A DNA stretch of 38,665 nucleotides, taken from the NCBI GenBank assembly GCA_038231615.1, contig JBBRLA010000002.1, positions 1 through 38,665 on the forward strand. The letters are read 5' to 3'. The first letter of the stretch is position 1; each line of letters starts with the position of its first letter. Made by a program: the position numbers and the translations under genes. The notes beneath the pieces were generated by a model. It worked only from the letters and a program-made list of their open reading frames with translations, was not told the origin of the DNA and searched no databases. Source of the DNA: Polyangia bacterium (lineage in GTDB: Bacteria > Myxococcota_A > Polyangia > Palsa-1104 > JAEUJZ01). Below are positions 19,369 through 27,634 of the stretch, piece by piece.

Positions 19369-21789
19369 TTAGTAGTCAATGCCATCGTCGGTCGCATGGT
19401 CCTTGTCGATGTGCATCTGGGGCAGATATTCTTCCTTATCCCAGAGGTATACGTAATGGGCGTAGATGTCGAGCGCCTTCTTCATGTACTCGCGGGTCTG
19501 CGTGTAGGCGCACAGCTCGATGAACTCGTCGAGCTGCCGATCGCCGTGCTGCCCGAGCCAGCGCAGCATGGCCTTGGGCCCGGCGTTGAAGCTGCCAGCC
19601 CCGAGCGCGATCTGTCCCTTGAACTTGCGCAAAAGGTGCCCGATGTACCACGCCCCGAACTGGATGTTCCCCTCGGGATCGTAAAGGACGTCGTCGGTGT
19701 AGGCACGGCCGATGTTGGGCGCCACCTTCTGGCTGGTCGGCGGAATCATCTGCAAGAGCCCGATGGCGTCGGCGTAGGAGACGTCGTGGGGGTTGTACGC
19801 CGACTCCTTCTGCATGATGGTGTACAGGTACCGGGGCGGGTTCTGCCCGGTGGGGGCGTATTTTTCGACGTATTCCTGATAGGCCAGCGGGTAGGCCAGC
19901 TCCCAGTAGCGGCGGGCGGCGGCGGACTTGTGGGGATCCTGGCGCAGGGCGCCCTCGCCGTACTCCTCCGCCAGGAGGTGCGGGCGCTGGAAGTTCTGCC
20001 CCCGCTGGTAGCGGTCGAAGAGCACCGGCAAGGCATGGGACGACCCATACCGGCCGATCAGGGCCCCCTCGACCCGGTGCAGTTCATAGCCGGCCTCGAC
20101 CGGCAGGTCCGCCGAGAGCAACTCCTCGACGCGCAGCACGTCGGCGTCCCGGGCGACCCGGGGGTCCGCCTCCAGCGGCGGGACGGGCGAAGGACTTGAG
20201 GAGGGCACGTCGCCAAAGGGGCCGATGTCGATTTTCGCTTCGGGCTTCGTTTCGATTTTCGTTTCGGGCTTGGCCTCGCGCAGGCGCACCCGGGCCAGCA
20301 GGGCATAGTACGACAAGGGTCGGATGCCGACGAGCTTGCGCCACACGACCTGGGCCTCGGCGCCCTTGCCCAGGTGGACCAGGGCCTGCCCCGCCCAGTA
20401 GCGCCCTTTATCGCCGAGGGTCCCCGGGCGTGCAGAAAGCGTCTGGAAATCGTCCAGCGCCCCAGGGTAGTCCCCCAGCAGGTAGCGCGAGAACCCCTGG
20501 TACCAGCGGGCATCCTCGGCGAAGGGGCCGGGGTAGCGGCGGAGGGTCCCCTGCAAAAGGGGGATGGCTTCCTTGTAGCGCCCGCGGTTGTACTCCAGCC
20601 AACCGGTCAAAAAGGAGGCCTCCGCGGCGTAGCGCGAGCCGGGGTGCGCCTTGACCAGCGCCTGGTACCCGGCGATCGCCTGCTGATCTTTGTCCGCCCG
20701 GGAGAGCGCCCGCGCCCCGTGGAACATCGCTTCGGCCTGGCGCTCGCCCTTCATTCGCGCCGCCACCGATAGCAGCTTGTCGGCGGCCTGCTCATAGCCG
20801 TGGCGCATCTTGTAGTAGGTGGTGCCGGCCCAATAGTCGACCTCGTCCTGCACCGCCTGGCCGACGTCCTTGGGCACCTGCTGAAGTTCGGCCAGTGCCT
20901 CGGGCCACTTGCGGCTGAGCGTCATGTTCCTGGCTCGCTGGATGTGTTCGCCTGCCTCGATCCGGGTCTCGCTGTCGAGGGCACGCAGGTCGACAAGGGC
21001 CTGCTCGGCGAAGGGGTGCAGGGGGTGATCGACGTAGACCTTGCGCAGGCCGGCGCGGGCCTCGACCCGGTGCCCGGCGCGGGCCTCGATCTGGGCCAGG
21101 CGGAAGCGCAGGACGGCGGGGTCAATCTCGGCACCGACGCTCTTCAAGGCCGCCTGGAAGGCCACCCGGGCCTTGTCGTCCTCCTTGGGGCCCAGTTCCC
21201 ACAGGCAGTCCGCCGCCCGGGCCCGGGCCAGGGCCAGAAAGCGCGTCCCCGGCAGGGCGGCCAGGGTCTGGAAGTGCGCTAGGGCGGCGCGCAGCAGCTT
21301 CTCGGCGTTCTTGGTTTCGGGCGGGTTCTGGTTCTGGTTCTTGGTTTCGGGCGGGTTCGCGGAGGGCTCGGTGCCCAGCAGCGCCTCGCTCTCGGCCAGA
21401 AAGTAAAGGGCGTAGTCGCGGTTGCGCAGGGCCTCGGCGGAGGTGTCCATGGCCACCGGCAGGAGCGCCTTGCGGGCATCGGCGTAGTCTCCCGCGAGGA
21501 AGGCGCGGCCCCCGTCTCGGAGGCGGGCGACGCTGGCCGAGGGCGGGGAGGCCTTCGCGATCCGAGGGGGGGCCTTCGCGACCCGAGGGGGGGCCTTCGC
21601 GACCCGAGGGGGGGCCTTCACGACCGGGGCCTTGCCGCGCTGCCGCGAGGGGGCCGCCGCCGCCGGGACGGCGAGCCCCGACGACATCCCCGAGAGGATC
21701 AACAGGGCAAGAAGGCGCAATCCTTCGCCGTGCGGGCGGCGCCGTTTTCCTTGCAGAGGCGGCAGCGGGCCAGGTAAGGCATGTGGCAC
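19369..21789 (-). CDS. TPR-containing soluble lytic murein transglycosylase (Slt family)
   Basis: IMQKESAYNP (catalytic Glu), AIGLLQMIP, LYDPEGNIQFGAWY, SFNAGP, TREYMKK; TPR repeats; signal-like N-terminus. Start uncertain. Confidence 0.9.
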   Translation of the reverse strand: MPHALPGPLPPLQGKRRRPHGEGLRLLALLILSGMSSGLAVPAAAAPSRQRGKAPVVKAPPRVAKAPPRVAKAPPRIAKASPPSASVARLRDGGRAFLAGDYADARKALLPVAMDTSAEALRNRDYALYFLAESEALLGTEPSANPPETKNQNQNPPETKNAEKLLRAALAHFQTLAALPGTRFLALARARAADCLWELGPKEDDKARVAFQAALKSVGAEIDPAVLRFRLAQIEARAGHRVEARAGLRKVYVDHPLHPFAEQALVDLRALDSETRIEAGEHIQRARNMTLSRKWPEALAELQQVPKDVGQAVQDEVDYWAGTTYYKMRHGYEQAADKLLSVAARMKGERQAEAMFHGARALSRADKDQQAIAGYQALVKAHPGSRYAAEASFLTGWLEYNRGRYKEAIPLLQGTLRRYPGPFAEDARWYQGFSRYLLGDYPGALDDFQTLSARPGTLGDKGRYWAGQALVHLGKGAEAQVVWRKLVGIRPLSYYALLARVRLREAKPETKIETKPEAKIDIGPFGDVPSSSPSPVPPLEADPRVARDADVLRVEELLSADLPVEAGYELHRVEGALIGRYGSSHALPVLFDRYQRGQNFQRPHLLAEEYGEGALRQDPHKSAAARRYWELAYPLAYQEYVEKYAPTGQNPPRYLYTIMQKESAYNPHDVSYADAIGLLQMIPPTSQKVAPNIGRAYTDDVLYDPEGNIQFGAWYIGHLLRKFKGQIALGAGSFNAGPKAMLRWLGQHGDRQLDEFIELCAYTQTREYMKKALDIYAHYVYLWDKEEYLPQMHIDKDHATDDGIDY
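21545..21632 (-). repeat. 21-bp coding tandem repeat (KAPPR[V/I]A) in the Slt N-terminus
   Basis: VKAPPRVAKAPPRVAKAPPRIAKASPP. Other short duplications in this gene encode PPETKN x2 and KPETKIETKPEAKI. Confidence 0.85.
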
Positions 21790-21866
21790 GCTTCCAGTAT
21801 ACCGGCTGCGCGGGAGAGGGCCAGAAACCGCCGCCGCTCAAGATCGCCACGACATCGGCCGATATC

Positions 21867-22637
21867 ATGGACATGGAGATCTCATCGCACCCCGACCCCG
21901 AGGAAGTGGCCGCCCTGGTCCACGCCCTGCGCAGCGCCGCCGAGAAAACCAATGACGAGGAGGACGCGGTCCTGCGACAGCTCGGCGCCGCCCTGTGCCG
22001 GGTCGCCGAGCACCTGGAGTGGCACCGGTTCGCCGGGGCGGGTGCCGCCGGGGCCCCCGAGGTCAGCCCGATCAGCGAGGCGACCTTGCATGAACAGCTT
22101 CTGGTGCTGAGCGAGCGTGCCCAGCGGCTTCGCCTGGTCCTGTCGGCGGAGGCCTGCCTGGTCCACGCCGATCCGCCACGGGCGCGGGCGGCCTCGCACT
22201 TGCTCCTGCGCCTGCCTCCGCTGGAGAACCTGGCCGGCGAACAGGCCACCCTGGTGGGCCAGACCCCGGTGTCCGCGGGGACGGCCATGTCCACCCTCTC
22301 GGCCACCCGGGAGATGCTGGCCGCGGCGGCACCCGAGCGGGCCACCCTGGAGCAACTGGGACTTCTGCCGCTGATCGAGGAGATCGACCGGTCCTTGAAG
22401 CAGCTTACCGTGGCGGCGTCCCGGCTCCTTGCGCAGCCCGCCGGAGGGGCCGTCCCAGCCGCCGGCCTGGGGGTGCTCTTCGCCGAGGCGGCGGAACGCT
22501 GCGCCGAGTTCCGTGCCTACGTGCAGGTCGCAACCGGTCACCTTTCCCGACAGGGGGACGATCCCCTCAGGCGGCAACGGCTGCTGGCGCCCCTGTCGCG
22601 CCTTGCCGGGGTCAGCCCGTTTTTCGTGGCCCGCTGA
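21867..22637 (+). CDS. Hypothetical alpha-helical protein
   Basis: Long Leu/Ala/Glu-rich ORF with GC-rich third positions. Start moved from 21783 to ATG 21867 (or 21873) to avoid a head-to-head overlap with slt. Confidence 0.65.
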   Translation: MDMEISSHPDPEEVAALVHALRSAAEKTNDEEDAVLRQLGAALCRVAEHLEWHRFAGAGAAGAPEVSPISEATLHEQLLVLSERAQRLRLVLSAEACLVHADPPRARAASHLLLRLPPLENLAGEQATLVGQTPVSAGTAMSTLSATREMLAAAAPERATLEQLGLLPLIEEIDRSLKQLTVAASRLLAQPAGGAVPAAGLGVLFAEAAERCAEFRAYVQVATGHLSRQGDDPLRRQRLLAPLSRLAGVSPFFVAR

Positions 22638-22693
22638 AGGCCCGACTCTCACCCGGACGAACAGGAAGCAGCCCCGCCATCCGGCCCCCGCCA

Positions 22694-22721
22694 TTGACGC
22701 CCGCCCTGTGGTGCTGATAAT
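22694..22721 (+). promoter_or_regulatory. Putative sigma70-type promoter of the deo operon (TTGACG-N16-GATAAT)
   Basis: -10 ends 12 nt before the deoC ATG; no clear SD. Confidence 0.5.
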
Positions 22722-22733
22722 CCCGTCGTACCC

Positions 22734-23696
22734 ATGGCAGCATCACCCGCTCAAGGAAACCCCGGAGCATCCTTTGGCCCCGGCCCCGAAATAGATCGTC
22801 TGGTCGAGGAGATCGCCAGCCGCGTCCGCGCCCGTCTGGGCCTCTCCGCCGCCGCCAACCTGCCCCTGCGCGACCAGCCGTGTCACGAGGGCCCCTCGGA
22901 GAACTGCGGCGCCTGCGGCCTGTGCACCGTCCGCCGCCCGGACGCCGTCCGCGCCGTCGTCGGTGCCGGCGCCGAACGTGTCGGCTCCGGCCCCGGGACA
23001 CTGGGCGCCCCCGACGACATCGCCGGCCTCATCGACCACACCCTCCTCAAGGCCGATGCCACCGCCGCCGACGTCACCAAGCTCTGCGAAGAGGCCCGCC
23101 AGTACCACTTCGCCTCCGTCTGCGTCAACACCGGCCACGTCCCCCGGGCCAAGGCCCTCCTCTACGGCTCCGGCGTCATGGTCTGCGCCGTCGTCGGTTT
23201 TCCCCTGGGCGCCATGGCCACCGCCGCCAAGGCTTACGAGGCACGCGAGGCCGTCCGTGCAGGCGCCGACGAGATCGACATGGTCATCAACCAGGGCGCC
23301 CTCAAGTCCCGCGACTATGCCACCGTGCAGGAGGACATCCGCAAGGTCGTCGAGGCCGCCCGCCCCGCCCGCGTCAAGGTGATCCTCGAGACCGGGGCCC
23401 TCGACCAGGAGCAGAAGATCATCGCCATCACCCTCTCGAAGATCGCCGGCGCCCACTTTGTCAAGACCTCCACCGGCTTCGGCCCCGGCGGCGCCACCGC
23501 CGAGGACATCGCCCTCATGCGCAAACTCGTCGGCAGCGAGATGGGCGTCAAGGCCTCCGGCGGCGTCCGCACCTGCGAGGACGCCCGCAAGATGCAGGAG
23601 GCCGGCGCCAGCCGCATCGGCGCCTCGGCCTCCGTGTCCATCGTCAACGGCTGCAGGACCGGCAAGCCCCAGAAGGCCGCCGGATCGGGGTATTGA
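22734..23696 (+). CDS. deoC: Deoxyribose-phosphate aldolase with ~95-aa N-terminal extension
   Basis: [40 protein letters not shown] (Schiff-base Lys), [16 protein letters not shown]. Confidence 0.97.
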   Translation: MAASPAQGNPGASFGPGPEIDRLVEEIASRVRARLGLSAAANLPLRDQPCHEGPSENCGACGLCTVRRPDAVRAVVGAGAERVGSGPGTLGAPDDIAGLIDHTLLKADATAADVTKLCEEARQYHFASVCVNTGHVPRAKALLYGSGVMVCAVVGFPLGAMATAAKAYEAREAVRAGADEIDMVINQGALKSRDYATVQEDIRKVVEAARPARVKVILETGALDQEQKIIAITLSKIAGAHFVKTSTGFGPGGATAEDIALMRKLVGSEMGVKASGGVRTCEDARKMQEAGASRIGASASVSIVNGCRTGKPQKAAGSGY

Positions 23697-23697
23697 C

Positions 23698-24927
23698 ATG
23701 ACAAACCCGCGGTTCATCGATCGCGAAGCGCCGCAGGCGCCGCGGTTCATCGATCGTGCCCTGCTCTTGGTCATGGATTCCTGCGGCTGCGGCGCGGCCC
23801 CCGATGCCGACCGCTACGGCGACGTCGGCGCGAACACCCTGGGCAACCTGAGCCGCCGCGTCGGCGGCCTCTCCCTGCCCCACCTGCAGGAGCTGGGTCT
23901 GGGCAACCTCACTTCCATCCAGGGCGTGCCCCCAACCCAGGGCCACGCTGGTGCCCGCGGTCGCATGCGCGAGAAGAGCGCCGGCAAGGACACCACCACC
24001 GGTCACTGGGAAATCTGCGGCTTGGAGGTATCCCGCCCCTTCCCCACCTTCCCGGATGGCTTCCCGAAAGAAATGCTCGACCGCTTCACCGCCGCCGCCG
24101 GCCACGGCGTTTTAGGCAACTGCACCGCCTCGGGCACCGAGATCATCGAGCAGCTCGGCCCCCAGCATATGAGCAGCGGAGATCTGATCGTCTACACCTC
24201 GGCGGACAGTGTGTTCCAGATCGCCGCCCACGAACAGGTCGTGCCCCTGCCCGAACTGTACCGCATCTGCCAGGCTGCCCGGCGCCTCTGCGACGAGTAC
24301 AGCATCGGGCGCGTCATCGCCCGTCCCTTCGTCGGCCAGCCAGGCTCCTTCAAGCGCACCTACAACCGCCGCGACTTCTCGGTGCTGCCGCCTTCGCCCA
24401 CGGTGCTCGATCGCCTGGCCGGCGCCGGGCTGCCGGTGATCGGCGTGGGCAAGATCTCCGACATCTTCGCCGGGCAGGGGGTCACCGAGAACATCCACAC
24501 CGAGGGCAACGACGACGGGATGGAACACACCCTCAAAGCCTTCGCCAGGATGCAGTGCGGCCTGGTTTTCTGCAACCTGGTCGACTTCGACATGCTCTAC
24601 GGCCACCGCCGCGATGCGGTGGGCTACCAGCGGGCGCTGGTCGCCTTCGACGCCGCCCTGCCGCGCCTCCGAGCGATGATGGGGCCGCGGGACCTGGTGC
24701 TCCTGACCGCGGACCACGGCAACGACCCGACCTTCCCCGGCACCGACCACACCCGGGAGGAGGTGCCGATCCTGGCCTTCTCCAGCGGCCCGGCGCCATC
24801 GCCGGACCTGGGGGTGCGGCAGGGGTTTTACGACATCGCCCAGACGCTGTGCGACGCCTTCGGCCTGCCCCGATGGGCCCGGGGCCAGAGCTTCCTCTCG
24901 CAGGTGCTGACACAAGGAGCCGCATGA
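23698..24927 (+). CDS. deoB: Phosphopentomutase
   Basis: LVMDSCGCG, GKDTTTGHWE, YTSADSVFQIAAHE, GRVIARPF, NRRDFS, NLVDFDMLYGHRRD, TADHGNDPT, TDHTREEVP. Start moved to ATG 23698. Confidence 0.97.
   Translation: MTNPRFIDREAPQAPRFIDRALLLVMDSCGCGAAPDADRYGDVGANTLGNLSRRVGGLSLPHLQELGLGNLTSIQGVPPTQGHAGARGRMREKSAGKDTTTGHWEICGLEVSRPFPTFPDGFPKEMLDRFTAAAGHGVLGNCTASGTEIIEQLGPQHMSSGDLIVYTSADSVFQIAAHEQVVPLPELYRICQAARRLCDEYSIGRVIARPFVGQPGSFKRTYNRRDFSVLPPSPTVLDRLAGAGLPVIGVGKISDIFAGQGVTENIHTEGNDDGMEHTLKAFARMQCGLVFCNLVDFDMLYGHRRDAVGYQRALVAFDAALPRLRAMMGPRDLVLLTADHGNDPTFPGTDHTREEVPILAFSSGPAPSPDLGVRQGFYDIAQTLCDAFGLPRWARGQSFLSQVLTQGAA
23707..23756 (+). repeat. 33-bp-period hairpin repeat, copy B, in frame in the deoB N-terminus
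   Basis: CCGCGGTTCATCGATCG at 23707 and 23740; encodes PRFIDREAPQAPRFIDR. Confidence 0.85.
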
Positions 24928-24958
24928 GCCTCGGCAAGAAGCGCCTGGTAGAATCTGT

Positions 24959-26296
24959 ATGAGCGCCGCACTGAACATGGTCGATGTCATCCGCAAGAAG
25001 CGCGACGGCGGCGTCTTGTCCAACGACGAGATCGAGCGCTTCGTGCAGTCCTATACCCATGGCGCGGTGCCGGACTACCAGGCGGCGGCGCTCTTGATGG
25101 CGATCTTCTGGCGCGGCCTCACCGGGCCGGAGCTTTTGGCGCTGACCGACGCGATGCTGCGCTCGGGCGAGGTCATCGACCTGTCTGGGATACCGGGGAA
25201 GAAGGTGGACAAGCACTCGACGGGGGGCGTGGGCGACAAGATCTCCCTGCACCTGGCGCCCAGCGTCGCCGCGTGCGGGGTGCTGGTGCCGATGATCTCC
25301 GGTCGCGGCCTGGGCCACAGCGGCGGGACGCTGGACAAGCTGGAATCGATCCCGGGGTTCTGCACGGGCCTGGACCCCGACGAATTTCGCACCGTGCTTT
25401 CGCGGGCCGGGCTCTCGCTGATCGGGCAGACCGAGCACCTGGTGCCGGCGGACAAAAAGCTCTACGCCCTGCGCGACGTGACGGGCACGGTCGAGTCGAT
25501 CCCGCTGATCGCGGCGTCGATCATGTCGAAGAAGCTGGCCGAGGGGATCGACGCGCTGGTGCTGGACGTGAAGGTGGGCAGCGGGGCGTTTATGAAGACG
25601 CTCCCGGACGCGCGGCGGCTGGCGGCGACGCTCATCGACATCGGGCAGCGGGCGGGCAAGCGGGTGACGGCGTTCCTGACCGACATGGACCAGCCCCTGG
25701 GGCGTTGGGTGGGCAACGCCGCCGAGGTCAACGAATCGCTGGAAGTGCTGCGCGGGCACGGCGAGCCGGACCTGCTAGAACTGAACCTGCTTCTGGGGGC
25801 CGAGATGCTTTGTCTCTCAGGGGCGGCGACCGACGAGGCAGACGGGCGGGCGCGCATCGCCGCGGCGCTCTCCTCGGGAGAGGCGTTGCGCCGCTTCCAG
25901 CTCTGCGCTTTGATGCAGGGGGCGCAGATCGATCTCTCCGACCCCGATGAGGAGTGGACGACGATCAACCTGCACCGAGAGGCGCAGGCGGTCACCCATT
26001 CAGGCAGCGCCGGTCACGTGGTGTCCATCGACGCCGAGGCGGTGGGCCGGGCCGGGGTACACCTGCGCGCGGGGCGCAAACAGAAAGAGGACGCCATCGA
26101 CCCGGCGGCCTACATCTACCTGGACCGGAAGCGGGGCGAGCGGGTGGAGGCGGGGGCGCCACTCTGCCACTTCGCCGCGGCAGCGGACCTCCCTGCCGAG
26201 GAGCGGGAAGCGGCGGCGCGGCTTCTGCGCGGGGCCTACGAGATTGGCGCGGCGCCCCCGGATCCGCGCCCCCTGGTACTGGATGTGATGCGATGA
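24959..26296 (+). CDS. pdp: Pyrimidine-nucleoside (thymidine) phosphorylase
   Basis: IRKKRDG, PDYQAAALLMAI, DKHSTGGVGDK, SGRGLGHSGGTLDKLESIPG, PADKKLYALRDVT, SIMSKKLAEG, LDVKVGSGAFMK. Confidence 0.96.
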   Translation: MSAALNMVDVIRKKRDGGVLSNDEIERFVQSYTHGAVPDYQAAALLMAIFWRGLTGPELLALTDAMLRSGEVIDLSGIPGKKVDKHSTGGVGDKISLHLAPSVAACGVLVPMISGRGLGHSGGTLDKLESIPGFCTGLDPDEFRTVLSRAGLSLIGQTEHLVPADKKLYALRDVTGTVESIPLIAASIMSKKLAEGIDALVLDVKVGSGAFMKTLPDARRLAATLIDIGQRAGKRVTAFLTDMDQPLGRWVGNAAEVNESLEVLRGHGEPDLLELNLLLGAEMLCLSGAATDEADGRARIAAALSSGEALRRFQLCALMQGAQIDLSDPDEEWTTINLHREAQAVTHSGSAGHVVSIDAEAVGRAGVHLRAGRKQKEDAIDPAAYIYLDRKRGERVEAGAPLCHFAAAADLPAEEREAAARLLRGAYEIGAAPPDPRPLVLDVMR

Positions 26297-27168
26297 TCAC
26301 GATTTCTGAGCAGATCGCCGCGATGGCCGGCGTGGTACGTGGACGGCTGCCGCACGGTGCGGCGCCACGGGTCGGCCTGGTGCTGGGCTCGGGGCTGGGG
26401 GACTACGCGGATACCCTAGCTGGCGCGGTCAAGGTCCCCTACGGCGAGCTGCCGGGCTTCCCGGTCTCCCGGGTGGTGGGCCACGCCGGGAACCTGGTGT
26501 ATGGGCGAGGGCCGGCGAGTTCAGCGCATGGGGCGGGGCAGGTCGAGGTGCTGGCGATGCAGGGGCGGGTACACTCCTACGAGGGCCACAGTCTGGAGAC
26601 AGTGGTGCTGCCGATCCGGGCGCTCATCGCCTGCGGCTGCGACACCCTGGTGCTGACCAACGCCGCGGGAGGCATCGGCGCGGGGCTTTCCCCGGGGCAA
26701 CTGGTCCTCCTTTGCGATCACCTGAACCTCATGGGCGGCTCGCCGCTACGGGGCGAGAACGACGGGCGGCTCGGTCCGCGCTTCCCCGACATGAGCGCGG
26801 TCTACGACCCGCTGCTGCGGACGCTGGCCCGGGAGGCGGGCCGGGCGATGGGCATGCAGCTTCACGAAGGTGTGTACGCTGGCTGCGCCGGCCCGCAGTA
26901 CGAGACCCCGGCGGAAGTGCGGATGCTGCGCACCCTGGGCGCCGACCTGGTGGGGATGTCGACGGTGCCGGAGGCGATCGCCGCGCGTCACATGGGCGCG
27001 CGGGTGCTGGGCATCTCGTGCGTCACCAATCTGGCCGCGGGGCTTGGCGGCGCCACCCTGACCCACGACGAGGTCACCGATACGGCGGCGCGGGTGCGCG
27101 GCGACTTCATCCGCCTGCTGGATGGAATCCTCGCCGGCCTGGCGCGCGGGACCCCGTCCCATGCGTGA
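26293..27168 (+). CDS. punA: Purine-nucleoside phosphorylase (trimeric type)
   Basis: VLGSGLG, GHAG, MQGRVHSYEG, LTNAAGG, GPRFPDMS, GPQYETPAE, VGMSTVPE, SCVTN. Start moved to ATG 26293 (ATGA overlap with the pdp stop). Confidence 0.95.
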   Translation: MITISEQIAAMAGVVRGRLPHGAAPRVGLVLGSGLGDYADTLAGAVKVPYGELPGFPVSRVVGHAGNLVYGRGPASSAHGAGQVEVLAMQGRVHSYEGHSLETVVLPIRALIACGCDTLVLTNAAGGIGAGLSPGQLVLLCDHLNLMGGSPLRGENDGRLGPRFPDMSAVYDPLLRTLAREAGRAMGMQLHEGVYAGCAGPQYETPAEVRMLRTLGADLVGMSTVPEAIAARHMGARVLGISCVTNLAAGLGGATLTHDEVTDTAARVRGDFIRLLDGILAGLARGTPSHA

Positions 27169-27634
27169 CCCGAAGCCGGAAACCGCCCCCCTGTCCGTCA
27201 TCCCCCCCGAGCAGTGGAACGAGCTGGCGGCGGCGGCGGTGGCGGCGCGGGCGCGAGCGTATGCGCCGTACTCCGGGTTCTTCGTCGGCGCGGCGGTGCG
27301 TACCCGGGATGGGCGGATCTTCAGCGGGGCGAACGTGGAGAACGCCTCGTATGGGCTGACCCTTTGCGCCGAGCGCAGCGCAATCGTCCAGGCGGTGCTG
27401 GCCGGGGGGCGGGAGATCGTGGCGGTGGCGGTGTCCAGCGGGATCTCCCCACCGGCCACCCCGTGTGGGATGTGCCGGCAAACGATGGCGGAGTTCGCCG
27501 AGGACTGTGAGGTGCTGCTCCTGGGCGGCCCCAAAGGTGACGAGGAGCGTCGGGTGGTGACGCTCTCGCAGCTTTTGCCGCAGGCGTTCCGCCCGGCTTC
27601 GCTGTCCCGGGGCAAAGGACCGGTCGGTGGCTGA
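27161..27634 (+). CDS. cdd: Cytidine deaminase (homotetrameric type)
   Basis: AYAPYSGFFVGAA, GANVENASYGLTLCAERSA, PCGMCRQ, LLPQAF. Start moved to ATG 27161. Confidence 0.95.
   Translation: MRDPKPETAPLSVIPPEQWNELAAAAVAARARAYAPYSGFFVGAAVRTRDGRIFSGANVENASYGLTLCAERSAIVQAVLAGGREIVAVAVSSGISPPATPCGMCRQTMAEFAEDCEVLLLGGPKGDEERRVVTLSQLLPQAFRPASLSRGKGPVGG

Noticed and set aside
21783-21789. Head-to-head overlap of slt and the + strand hypothetical gene
   Set aside because: Probably an artefact of longest-ORF start choice; downstream ATGs at 21867/21873 remove it.
23458-27160. Long N-terminal extensions on DeoB, PunA and Cdd in the ORF track
   Set aside because: They overlap upstream genes; coupled starts at 23698, 26293 and 27161 fit family lengths. 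Only the DeoC extension is free of overlap.
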